From Gemmatimonadales bacterium (GTDB taxonomy: Bacteria; Gemmatimonadota; Gemmatimonadetes; Gemmatimonadales; GWC2-71-9), in contig JBBSHB010000001.1 in assembly GCA_038253515.1 (NCBI GenBank), positions 28,220 to 92,219 of the forward strand: a DNA stretch of 64,000 nt. The letters run 5' to 3'. Positions 38,737 through 47,300 of the stretch are shown here, in pieces (within the stretch, counting starts at the first letter, position 1; the number at the start of each line of letters is the position of its first letter). The notes beneath the pieces are model-generated. The model did not search any database. It was not told where the DNA came from and saw only the letters and a list, made by a program, of their open reading frames with translations. The position numbers and the translations under genes were made by a program.

Positions 38737-41198
38737 AGCAGCGAGACCGGGTCGCGATCGATCACGATCCTGGCGCCGTGGCTCCGCGGCAGGCGCCCCG
38801 CCGCATAGCGCACCACCCGCCCGAGCGATTCCGCGGGACCCTTCAGCAGCACGTGCCACCGCCAGCGGTCCTTGAGCTTGGCGAGCGGGCACGGCGCCGG
38901 TCCCAGCACGGTGATCGGCAGATCGTGCTTCGCGGCCAGCGCGTGGCACCAGTCCGCCAGCTCCGCCGCCGTCCGCCCGACCACGACCTCGTCCAGCCCC
39001 GACACCAGCAGATTCACCAGCGACACCTCCGGCGGATAGGGCGGCGAGGCGCGCAGGAGGCGCTCCTCCTGCAGAAAGCCCTCCACGTCGTGCCGCGCGG
39101 CCCAGAGCAGCGCATGATGGGTGGGATGCCGCGTCTGGACGAGCACCCGCCCGCCCTTGGGCCCCCGCCCGGTTCTTCCCGCCACCTGAGCGAGCAACTG
39201 AAAGGTCCGCTCCGCCGAGCGAAAATCCGGGAGGTAGAGCCCGGTGTCGGCGTCGGCGACGCCGACCAGCGTCACGTTGGGGAAGTCGAGCCCCTTGGCG
39301 ATCATCTGGGTGCCGATCAGCAGGTCCACCTCGCCGGCGCCGACCGCGCCGAGAATTCGCTGGTGCGACCATTTCGTGCTGGTGGTGTCGAGGTCCATCC
39401 GGGCGATCCGGGCCTCCGGGTAGCGCTCCGACAACAGTCGCTCCAGCTGTTGCGTCCCGATCCCTCGCATCTGCTGCACCGGATTGGCGCAGGCCCGACA
39501 GGTGACCGGCAGGGGCTCCTGATGCCCGCAATAGTGACATCGAAGTCCAGGCGGCGTCTGGTGGACCGTGAGCGAGATGCTGCAGCGGGGGCATTGCCAG
39601 ACCTCGCCGCAGTCGGGACACTGGAGGAACGCGGCGAAGCCCCGGCGGTTGAGCAGGAGCAGGGCCTGCTCCCGCCGGGCGAGCGTGGCGACGATGGCCG
39701 CGTCGAGTGACTCGGACCAGGCGAGGCCGCCGGTGGCCGCCACCTTGGGAGCGGCGCGGAGGTCGATCAGCTCGACCGGCGGCAGCGGACGGGCCCCGAT
39801 CCGCTGGGGCAGCCGCAGCAGGCGGGGCCGGCGCTCCTGGCCGCTGCCTCCGCTCTCCGTCCGCACCAGCGTTTCCAAAGACGGAGTGGCGCTGCCCAGC
39901 AGGAGCCGGGCCCCCTCGATGCGCGCCCGCACGGCCGCCACGTCGCGGGCATGGTAGCGCGGCGTCTCCCCGTTCTTGTAGCTGGCTTCGTGCTCCTCGT
40001 CCAGCACGATCATGCCGAGGTTCGCCACCGGGGCGAAGATGGCGGAGCGAGCGCCGACCGCCACCCGTCGCTCGCCGCGACGGAGCATCCGCCAGGCATC
40101 GGCCCGCTCCCCGTCCGACAGGGCGCTGTGCAGGACGGCCACCTGATCGCCGAATGCCCCGCGAAAACGGCTCACCGTCTGCGGCGTCAGGCCGATCTCG
40201 GGCACCAGCACGATCGCGCCACGACCGGCGTCCAGCATCCGGCGCACCGCCTCCAGATAGACCAGCGTCTTGCCGCTTCCGGTGACGCCGAACAGGAGCG
40301 CGCTGTCGCCGGAAGCGAGCGTTTCGATCACCGACAGCGCCGCCGCCTGGTCAGGGGTGAGCTGGGTGGGCGGCGGGGTGCCCGGCGAATCGGCGAACGG
40401 ATCCCGCAGCCGCTCGGCGAGTCCGATACGCACCAGTCCGCGGGCCTCGAGGGCGCGAATCACCGCCGGCGTGAAGCCGAGCTGGGTGACCACGTGCTTG
40501 ATCTGAGCCCCGCCGCCGAGCTGCTCCAGCGCCTCGTACAGCCGGCGCTGCTTGGGCGCCCGCCGGAAGAGTGCATCGCGCTCGAGCAGGGTGGGAGCGT
40601 CGCCACCGATCGTCACTACCCGCTCGGTGGCCCCCGCCCCGCCGACGTCCGGCGGCTCGACTCGGAGCTCCACAGCGCCGACCCGCGCCAGCCGGTCGAG
40701 GACCTCCCAGAGCGGCCGGCGGAGCGCCCGTGCCGCCGTCGCCACCGTTGCCTCGCCGCCCCGCCGGCCCAGCCAGTCCAGCACGTCGCCCGCGAACCCG
40801 CCGGTGACCCGGTCCGAGGTCCGGAGGGATACGACCACCTCGGACGCGCCCCACATTCCGGCGGGGAGCACGCATTTGAGGGTCAACCCGAGGGGGGCGC
40901 CATAGTAGCCCGCGATCCATTCGGCGACCGCGAGCACGCCGACCGGAACCGCGGGCTCCTCGTCCGGCGCCGCCAGGATGTCCCGCGGCTCGGCCCCGGG
41001 TGCCGGCGCGTCCACGCTCACCACGATGCCGATCAGCTCGCGGCGGCGCACCGGCACCACGACGCGGGCCCCGGGGACCACCCGGTCGTCCAGCGTCTCG
41101 GGGATTCGGTAGGTGTACGAGGAGGCGAGGGGGAGCGGGAGGGCAACCTGGGCGAACCGCGCCGGCGGCCCCGGCGGCGAGACCGAGCCGGTGGTCAT
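38733..41198 (-). CDS. priA: primosomal protein N' (replication restart helicase)
   Basis: ORF 38733..41372 trimmed to ATG 41198, overlapping the upstream stop (ATGA). Walker A LFGVTGSGKT, DEEH box, Cys-rich zinc region CPDCG..CPRC..CHYCG..CRAC; 821 aa. Confidence 0.9.
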   Translation of the reverse strand: MTTGSVSPPGPPARFAQVALPLPLASSYTYRIPETLDDRVVPGARVVVPVRRRELIGIVVSVDAPAPGAEPRDILAAPDEEPAVPVGVLAVAEWIAGYYGAPLGLTLKCVLPAGMWGASEVVVSLRTSDRVTGGFAGDVLDWLGRRGGEATVATAARALRRPLWEVLDRLARVGAVELRVEPPDVGGAGATERVVTIGGDAPTLLERDALFRRAPKQRRLYEALEQLGGGAQIKHVVTQLGFTPAVIRALEARGLVRIGLAERLRDPFADSPGTPPPTQLTPDQAAALSVIETLASGDSALLFGVTGSGKTLVYLEAVRRMLDAGRGAIVLVPEIGLTPQTVSRFRGAFGDQVAVLHSALSDGERADAWRMLRRGERRVAVGARSAIFAPVANLGMIVLDEEHEASYKNGETPRYHARDVAAVRARIEGARLLLGSATPSLETLVRTESGGSGQERRPRLLRLPQRIGARPLPPVELIDLRAAPKVAATGGLAWSESLDAAIVATLARREQALLLLNRRGFAAFLQCPDCGEVWQCPRCSISLTVHQTPPGLRCHYCGHQEPLPVTCRACANPVQQMRGIGTQQLERLLSERYPEARIARMDLDTTSTKWSHQRILGAVGAGEVDLLIGTQMIAKGLDFPNVTLVGVADADTGLYLPDFRSAERTFQLLAQVAGRTGRGPKGGRVLVQTRHPTHHALLWAARHDVEGFLQEERLLRASPPYPPEVSLVNLLVSGLDEVVVGRTAAELADWCHALAAKHDLPITVLGPAPCPLAKLKDRWRWHVLLKGPAESLGRVVRYAAGRLPRSHGARIVIDRDPVSLL

Positions 41199-42220
41199 CT
41201 CGCCCGGACGCCGAGCCCCGGACCCTCGGGAAGGGTCACCCGCCCGCCGTCGATCGAGGCGCCCTGAAAAGGATCGTTGGCGAGCAGCGCGGCGCCGTCC
41301 AGATCGACGATGTCCACCAGCGGCGTGAAATGCGCGGCCGCGGTGATGCCGAGCGAGCTCTCGATCATGCATCCCACCATCACCATCATCCCGTGCGCCC
41401 GGGCCACGGCGATCATCCGCACCGCCTCACGCAGGCTGCCGCACTTGGCGAGCTTGATGTTGATCCCGTCCACCTTGCCCACCAGCCGGGGAATGTCCAC
41501 GGCGGTCTCGCAGCTCTCGTCCGCGATCACCGGAATCGACGCGCGACGGGTGATCTCGGCCAGCCCGTCGAGCTCGTTCGGCGGCAGCGGCTGCTCCAGC
41601 ACGGTCACGCCGAACTCCTCCAGCACCGGCAGCATGGCGATCGTACGCTTGACCGTCCAGCCGCAGTTGGCGTCGACCCGGATCTCCTTGTCGGTCGTGT
41701 CGCGGATGGTCCGCAGGATCTCGACGTCGCGGTCCGTCCCGAGCTTGATCTTGAGGATCGGGTACTGGGCCGCCTCGAGCACCTTGGCCCGGATCTTCTC
41801 CGGCGTGTCGAGCCCGATGGTGAAGGTGGACATCGGCGCCTTGGCGGGATCGAGTCCCCACAGCCGATACACCGGAACGCCGAGGCGCTTGCCCACCAGG
41901 TCGTGCAGGGCCGCCGACAGGGCCGAGCGGGCCGCCGGATTCCGACGCATCATGGTGGCCCAGCGCCGCTCGGTCTCCTCCAGATCGAACGGGTTGTCCG
42001 GCATCTCGCAGGTATAGAGGTTGAGCGCGGAGAGCACCGACTCGGGTGTCTCGCCGTAGAATTTGGTCGGTGCAGCTTCGCCCCATCCCTCGTAGCCGTC
42101 CCCGTCGCGCAGGCGCACCCAGATGGTCCTGTAGTCGCTTTGGCCGCCGCGCGCGATGATGAACGGGTGCGTTGTCCGGAGCTCGAGGAACTCGGCTTCC
42201 AAATGGAGGCGCTGCGTCAC
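41195..42220 (-). CDS. dipeptide epimerase (L-Ala-D/L-Glu epimerase-like, enolase superfamily)
   Basis: ILKIKLG (KxK), RVDANCGW, LEQPL and IADES motifs of the MLE subgroup. GTG start; 341 aa. Confidence 0.8.
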   Translation of the reverse strand: MTQRLHLEAEFLELRTTHPFIIARGGQSDYRTIWVRLRDGDGYEGWGEAAPTKFYGETPESVLSALNLYTCEMPDNPFDLEETERRWATMMRRNPAARSALSAALHDLVGKRLGVPVYRLWGLDPAKAPMSTFTIGLDTPEKIRAKVLEAAQYPILKIKLGTDRDVEILRTIRDTTDKEIRVDANCGWTVKRTIAMLPVLEEFGVTVLEQPLPPNELDGLAEITRRASIPVIADESCETAVDIPRLVGKVDGINIKLAKCGSLREAVRMIAVARAHGMMVMVGCMIESSLGITAAAHFTPLVDIVDLDGAALLANDPFQGASIDGGRVTLPEGPGLGVRAR

Positions 42221-42268
42221 GGGAGCCTCGGAGTGGTCGTAGGTTGGTCGGCAAGCGCGGCCTGTAGA

Positions 42269-43165
42269 CTAGGCGAGCGCGGCCAGGTGCGCCAGCGCCC
42301 CCTCGGCGAGGCGGGAGGGAACGTATCCGCCTTCCAGCAAGCCGACGATCGGCACGTCCGGCAGCCGCTCCCTGAGTCGGACGGTCAGCTCGGCGTAGTG
42401 AGCCGGCTCCAGGGTGAAACCGCCGAGCGGATCTCCCCGCATCGCGTCGAAGCCGGCCGAGACCAGCACCAGCTCGGGTGTCCACTCGCGGGTGGCGGCC
42501 AGGACGGCCGCCCACAGATCGTCCACATACAGGCTGGGCGGCTTCCCCGGTCCGCGCGGGACGTTGAAGATGTTGCCCACGCCCCGTTCCTCCGCCATGC
42601 CGGTGCCCGGATACCACGGGTGCTGGTGCAGCGAGATGTAGCGAACCGTGTCATCGGACTGGACCAGCGCCTGGGTTCCGTTGCCGTGGTGCACGTCCCA
42701 ATCCACGATGAGCACGCGCCGTCGTCCGGCCGCCTGCGCGTGGCGCGCGGCGACCACCACGTTGTTGGTGAGACAGAACCCCATGCCCTTGGCGGCCAGG
42801 GCGTGATGTCCCGGCGGACGGAGCGCGGCGAAGGCGTTCTCTCCGCCGGCGAGCGCGTGCTCCACCGCGGCGAGGGCAGCACCGGTGGCGCCGAGGACCG
42901 CGGCCCAACTCGCGTCGTTCAGGATGGTGTCGAGGAAGAGCGCACCGCCGCCCCGGGCACTCATCGCCTCCAGGCTCCGGAGATAGCTGTCGGGGTGCAC
43001 GGCGAGGAGTGCGTCGCGGACTGCCGGCGCGGCCTCGACCAGCTCGATGGCGGGGTCACGCCTGAGAGCGGAGAGCAGCACGCGCAGCCGGGCGGGCGTC
43101 TCCGGGTGGTCGGGACCGGGATCGTGCCGGAGACAGTCCGGGTGCGTGAAGACGCGAATGGGCAC
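42269..43165 (-). CDS. histone deacetylase-family deacylase (AcuC/APAH-like)
   Basis: RPPGHH, IVDWDVHHGNGTQ, SAGFDA and EGGY motifs; 298 aa. GTG start. Confidence 0.85.
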   Translation of the reverse strand: MPIRVFTHPDCLRHDPGPDHPETPARLRVLLSALRRDPAIELVEAAPAVRDALLAVHPDSYLRSLEAMSARGGGALFLDTILNDASWAAVLGATGAALAAVEHALAGGENAFAALRPPGHHALAAKGMGFCLTNNVVVAARHAQAAGRRRVLIVDWDVHHGNGTQALVQSDDTVRYISLHQHPWYPGTGMAEERGVGNIFNVPRGPGKPPSLYVDDLWAAVLAATREWTPELVLVSAGFDAMRGDPLGGFTLEPAHYAELTVRLRERLPDVPIVGLLEGGYVPSRLAEGALAHLAALA

Positions 43166-43180
43166 CCGGCGAACTCGCCG

Positions 43181-43441
43181 CTAGCGGACCGGCCGACGGC
43201 GGCGGCGAAGCACGATCAGCGCCCCATTGGGCACCAGCCCCGCCTCGGCGAGCGAGCGCGACTCATCCTCCAGCTCGGCACCGCGGAATTTGAGGAGATA
43301 CGCGTCCGGATTGCCGGTGACCCGGGTGGCCTGGAGCGCCTGGCGCTTCACTTCCGCCAGCGGAGTCGTCGCCGGGAGATCGAGCCGCACCTGGTCCCAG
43401 GCGTCCTCCACCATCACCCGCAGGGGGAGGATCCCGGTCAC
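43181..43441 (-). CDS. ubiquitin-fold (beta-grasp) small protein, no C-terminal Gly-Gly
   Basis: 86 aa. LKFRGAELEDESRSLAEAGLVPNGALIVLRRRRRPVR aligns by eye to ubiquitin [34 protein letters not shown]. GTG start overlaps the upstream stop (GTGA). Confidence 0.55.
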   Translation of the reverse strand: MTGILPLRVMVEDAWDQVRLDLPATTPLAEVKRQALQATRVTGNPDAYLLKFRGAELEDESRSLAEAGLVPNGALIVLRRRRRPVR

Positions 43442-43710
43442 GCCGCGCTCTCCGACGGTACGGGCAGGGTGGAGAGAAAGCGATCGACCTGCTGGTCGAA
43501 CAGCAGGGTCGACCCGCGAACCCGGGTGCCCTCCGCCGCGGGCATCACCGCGATGGCGATCTCCTCTCCGCCCTGGCCACGCAAGGTCAGGAAGGTCGCT
43601 CCCTCCTTTTCCGGAAACGCGGCCTGCATGGGGACCCGCTCCGCGAAGAACTGCTTCGCACGGCGAAGCACCTCCGCACCGTCCAGCGTCGTGACGACCT
43701 GGTACACCAT
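43438..43710 (-). CDS. hypothetical protein (90 aa)
   Basis: ORF 43438..43860 trimmed to ATG 43710 (MVYQVVTTLDGAEVLRRAKQFF..), 8 nt after the upstream stop. GC3 bias. No family recognised. Confidence 0.5.
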   Translation of the reverse strand: MVYQVVTTLDGAEVLRRAKQFFAERVPMQAAFPEKEGATFLTLRGQGGEEIAIAVMPAAEGTRVRGSTLLFDQQVDRFLSTLPVPSESAA

Positions 43711-43718
43711 GGCGAGGC

Positions 43719-44795
43719 TCAGTGAGTTGAGGTTTGCAGGCCCAGCCCGCGGATGGCGATCCCGGTCGGCTGGCCCGGCACCGCGATGCTGGAGATCAGC
43801 TTGCGGGATCCCAGATCGATGACGTCCACGGCGCCGGGATCGGCGCCGATCGATTCGCACGACACGTACGCCAGCCGGCCGTCGGGAGAGAAGGCCACGC
43901 CGTGCACCACCTTCTTGCTGGTCGGAATCCGCGCCAGCTCGGTCAGGCCGGCCGCGTCCACCAGACTCACGCTCTGCTCCTTCTTGTTGGTGACGATCAC
44001 CAGCTTCCCGTCGGGCGAGGGCTCCACGTTGTAGGCGCCCTTCCCCAGCGGGATCTCCTTCACCCGGGTGAGCGTGGCCGCATCCCAGACCTGCAGGCTG
44101 TTGCCGTAGTTGCAGGCGACATAGAGCCGACGGTCATCGGGCGAGACCGACACGAAGGTCGGCGCGCACTCCATCGACATCCCCGCCATGGCATGGGGAC
44201 CTCCGGTCGCGGCCCGGCGGGTGATCGCGAAGGTGCCCACCTGGAGCTCCAGGATCTCGTCGCTGTGCATGCAGGAGAGATAGACCCGGGTTCCCGCGTG
44301 ATTCACCTTGACCCCGTGCGGCATGTCGCAGGAGGGGAGGTCGGTGATCTTGGTCATCGTGGGCAGGTGTACCACCGAGACGACGTTGACGCGGGGATGA
44401 TCGCCGTGAAAGTCGGAGTTGGCCACGAAGGCGAACTGGCCGTCCGGCGTGAGACCGATGGTGGTGGGAAAGAGCTCGACCTCGGCGCGGCCCAGCACGG
44501 TGTCGCCCGCCACGTCGAGCTTCCAGAGCGAGCCGAACGGCGTCCCGTGCGCGATGGTGACGTAGTAGCTCTTCTGATCGCGCGCGACCGCGAGGTTGTG
44601 GGGGCCGTCGTTGTCGGATGGCATGAGGCCGACCGGCACCACGTGGTCGCGCGCCAGACCTCCCGGCACCGGGCGCAGCCAGGTGACGATGTCGGCGGAT
44701 TCGCTCACGACGCCTACCCGGTACCCCGGGTCCCCACTCTGGGCCTGCGCCGCTCCGGTGAGCACGAAGGTCGCCACCGCCAACCGACGAATCAC
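43719..44795 (-). CDS. YncE/YVTN-type beta-propeller repeat protein, secreted
   Basis: Signal MIRRLAVATFVLTGAAQAQ. Repeated motifs such as HGVAFSPDGRLAYVSCE, YNVEPSPDGKLVIVTN and FVSVSPDDRRLYVACN. GTG start overlaps the upstream stop (GTGA). Confidence 0.75.
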   Translation of the reverse strand: MIRRLAVATFVLTGAAQAQSGDPGYRVGVVSESADIVTWLRPVPGGLARDHVVPVGLMPSDNDGPHNLAVARDQKSYYVTIAHGTPFGSLWKLDVAGDTVLGRAEVELFPTTIGLTPDGQFAFVANSDFHGDHPRVNVVSVVHLPTMTKITDLPSCDMPHGVKVNHAGTRVYLSCMHSDEILELQVGTFAITRRAATGGPHAMAGMSMECAPTFVSVSPDDRRLYVACNYGNSLQVWDAATLTRVKEIPLGKGAYNVEPSPDGKLVIVTNKKEQSVSLVDAAGLTELARIPTSKKVVHGVAFSPDGRLAYVSCESIGADPGAVDVIDLGSRKLISSIAVPGQPTGIAIRGLGLQTSTH

Positions 44796-45523
44796 TCCGA
44801 CCGTCCTTTCCGCGACGAGCGGGGAAGATAACCCGGCGCCCGCTCGGCCTGCACTACGGCCTGATAGAGCCGCCCCCGCCGGAAGAGCGCCATGAGGCCG
44901 GCGCGCCGGAGCACGACGACCAGGTCTCCCGACGGTGGCCGGGCCACGCCCTCGACAGTGAGGAAAGCGGGGAGCGTGGCGTCGGCGGGCGGCGTGATCT
45001 GGTACTCTCGCTCCCGCCAGCTCAGCTCCACTGCGGGCGGCACGGCGCGGACGACGCGGTCGAGAAAGATGTCGTCCTCCACCCGGTAGGTCCCGTCACC
45101 CAGCGGCTCCCCCTCGAGGTGGAAAGCCGGATCGAACGGCTCGCCGTCCTGGCGGGCAAAGTTCTGCTCGACCGCCCAGTCGAAGTCCTCCAGGTCGGGC
45201 CTGCGCGCCCGCCACTCCAGATGGTGACGAAGCTCGTGGGTCAGCGTCTCCCAGGCTTCGGCGCGCCAGTCGAACTCGGACTCGTCCCGGGCCAAGGCCG
45301 CGAAGGAGCCGTGGTAGAGCACCAGCCGGCTCTGTACCGCCGCCACCTCGCCGCCCTGCCCCGTGGGCAGCGGCACGCACTCCCCAAGAGTGTAAATGCC
45401 CGATCGTACGGGGTGCGGCACTGTGCGAGGAGACACGACCACCTCGGCGATGCCGTCGAGGAAGTGGGCCGGCACCTCGTCCGCCAGCCGGCGCACCATC
45501 TGCCGGAAGTCTTCGAGCCGCAT
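44792..45523 (-). CDS. MMP-like (DUF1025-type) zinc-metallopeptidase-fold protein with C-terminal extension
   Basis: The N-terminal ~125 aa follow the 'metallopeptidase family protein' pattern (MRLEDFRQMVRRLADEVPAHFLDGIAEVVV..TLTHELRHHLEW, HExxH). About 115 further residues are unrecognised. Confidence 0.55.
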   Translation of the reverse strand: MRLEDFRQMVRRLADEVPAHFLDGIAEVVVSPRTVPHPVRSGIYTLGECVPLPTGQGGEVAAVQSRLVLYHGSFAALARDESEFDWRAEAWETLTHELRHHLEWRARRPDLEDFDWAVEQNFARQDGEPFDPAFHLEGEPLGDGTYRVEDDIFLDRVVRAVPPAVELSWREREYQITPPADATLPAFLTVEGVARPPSGDLVVVLRRAGLMALFRRGRLYQAVVQAERAPGYLPRSSRKGRSE

Positions 45524-45553
45524 GGAGGACCGCTCGCCGACCGGGGCGCCCGA

Positions 45554-46882
45554 TCAGAGACGCTCGCCCAGGTAGTCGGCCACCCGATCGAGGCTCACCC
45601 GCTCCTGCTGCATCGAATCGCGGTGGCGGACCGTGACCGTGCGGGTGCCGGCCGTCTCACCGTCGACCGTGAGCCCGAACGGGGTGCCGGCCTCGTCCAT
45701 CCGACGATAGCGCCGCCCGATGGCGCCGCTGTCATCGTAGAAACAGGTGAACCGGCGCTTGAGGCCGTGATACAGCTCGCTGGCGAGCTCCGGCATTCCG
45801 TCCTTCTTCACCAACGGGAAGACGCCGGCCTTGATCGGGGCGACCGCGGGGTGCAGACCGAGGACGACGCGGGTCTCTCCTTCCACCTGTTCCTCACGGT
45901 AGGCATCCACCAGCAGGGTCAGCGTCACCCGATCGGCGCCGGCGGAGGTCTCGACGATGTTCGGCAGGTAGCGCTGGTTCGCCCCCTGGTCGAAGTACTC
46001 CAGCTTCTTGCCCGAGAACTCCTGGTGCCGGCCGAGATCGAAGTCCCCGCGGTTGTGGATCCCCTCGATCTCCTGCCAGCCGAAGGGGAACTCGTACTGG
46101 ATGTCGTAGGCCGCGCGGGCGTAGTGTGCCAGCTCGGTGGCATCGTGCTGGTGCCACTGCAGCTTGGCGGGCGTGAGCCCGAGGGCGTGGTGCCACTCCA
46201 TCCGCCACTCGCGCCACCGCTCGAACCACTCGGCGTCGCTCCCCGGCTGCACGAAGAACTGCATCTCCATCTGCTCGAACTCGCGGGTGCGGAAGATGAA
46301 GTTGCCGGGGGTGATCTCGTTGCGGAACGCCTTGCCGATCTGGGCGATGCCGAAGGGGACCTTCTGCCGTGAGCTCTGCAGGACGTTGAGGTAGTTGACG
46401 TAGATCCCCTGCGCGGTCTCCGGCCTCAGGTACACGATGGCCGCCTGCTCCTCCACCGGCCCCATGAAGGTCTTGAACATGAGGTTGAAGAGCCGCGGCT
46501 CGGTGAGCGTCCCCTTGTTGCCGCAGACGGGGCACTGGGCATCGGGCTGGCCGGGCGTGCCTTTGATGCGCGGGTCGTCCGCCCGGAAGCGGTTCTTGCA
46601 GTGGCGGCAGTCGACCAGGGGGTCGGTGAAGCCGGCTACGTGGCCGGAGGCCTCCCAGACGCGCGGGTGCATCAGGATGGCGGCATCCAGTCCCTCGATG
46701 TCGTCGCGGGCATGGACCATCGCCCGCCACCAGCGGTCCTTGACGTTCTTCTTGAGCTCGACCCCGAGCGGCCCGTAGTCCCACACCGAGCCGAGCCCGC
46801 CGTAGATCTCCGAGGACTGGAACACGAAGCCGCGGCGCTTGCAGAGGGAGACCAGCTTGTCCATCAGGGTGGTGTCGGCCAT
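45554..46882 (-). CDS. glyQS: glycine--tRNA ligase (homodimeric class II)
   Basis: ORF 45554..46972 trimmed to ATG 46882 (MADTTLMDKLVSLCKRRGFVFQSSEIYGGLGSVWDYGPLG..). FRNEITPGNFIFRTREFEQMEMQFF motif 2 region; 442 aa. Confidence 0.95.
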   Translation of the reverse strand: MADTTLMDKLVSLCKRRGFVFQSSEIYGGLGSVWDYGPLGVELKKNVKDRWWRAMVHARDDIEGLDAAILMHPRVWEASGHVAGFTDPLVDCRHCKNRFRADDPRIKGTPGQPDAQCPVCGNKGTLTEPRLFNLMFKTFMGPVEEQAAIVYLRPETAQGIYVNYLNVLQSSRQKVPFGIAQIGKAFRNEITPGNFIFRTREFEQMEMQFFVQPGSDAEWFERWREWRMEWHHALGLTPAKLQWHQHDATELAHYARAAYDIQYEFPFGWQEIEGIHNRGDFDLGRHQEFSGKKLEYFDQGANQRYLPNIVETSAGADRVTLTLLVDAYREEQVEGETRVVLGLHPAVAPIKAGVFPLVKKDGMPELASELYHGLKRRFTCFYDDSGAIGRRYRRMDEAGTPFGLTVDGETAGTRTVTVRHRDSMQQERVSLDRVADYLGERL

Positions 46883-47300
46883 GGACCGCCAAGTCGTTGA
46901 AGGGGGGTCGTGTGGAGCGAGGGAAAATAGGGCGAGCGGTGGTGCGAAGGAAGCGGGCCGGTCGACTGGCACTTCGCGCTCACCGACCGCGCGGGCACCA
47001 TCGCGCGCGAGTGACCTGAGCCGGAAACGTCGGCGCCGTTCGGTCCTGGGTCAGTCAACGGCGGGCCCGTTCGCCGCTCATGGGAACCCGGAACTTGAGG
47101 GTCCGGAGATCAGCCGCCTTTCTTCCCTTCCCACAGGGGAAGATTTGGGCAGGTGGGGACCACCACACTCACGGGCAGATCTCCCGGTTTCCCACCCCAC
47201 GCGCTCCCGGCATGAAGTCACAAATCATTCTTCCTGAGCGACTTACCGTCGCCCGTTGGTCGGGCCGGAATCTTGCCCCCTGACCACCATCCCTACGCCT

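Noticed and set aside
41000-43822. 940-aa plus-strand ORF spanning the epimerase, HDAC and Ubl region.
   Set aside because: It is antisense to four coupled minus-strand genes with good motifs, and it has a Gly/Arg/Pro-rich artefact composition.
46883-47255. Possible glycine T-box leader upstream of glyQS (AUGGUGCCCGCG resembles the T-box core UGGUACCGCG).
   Set aside because: One insertion relative to the core, and UGGU rather than the UGGA expected for tRNA-Gly (as I recall, its discriminator base is U). I found no convincing Stem I/specifier loop, and no terminator or SD-sequestering helix follows. A covariance-model search would be decisive.
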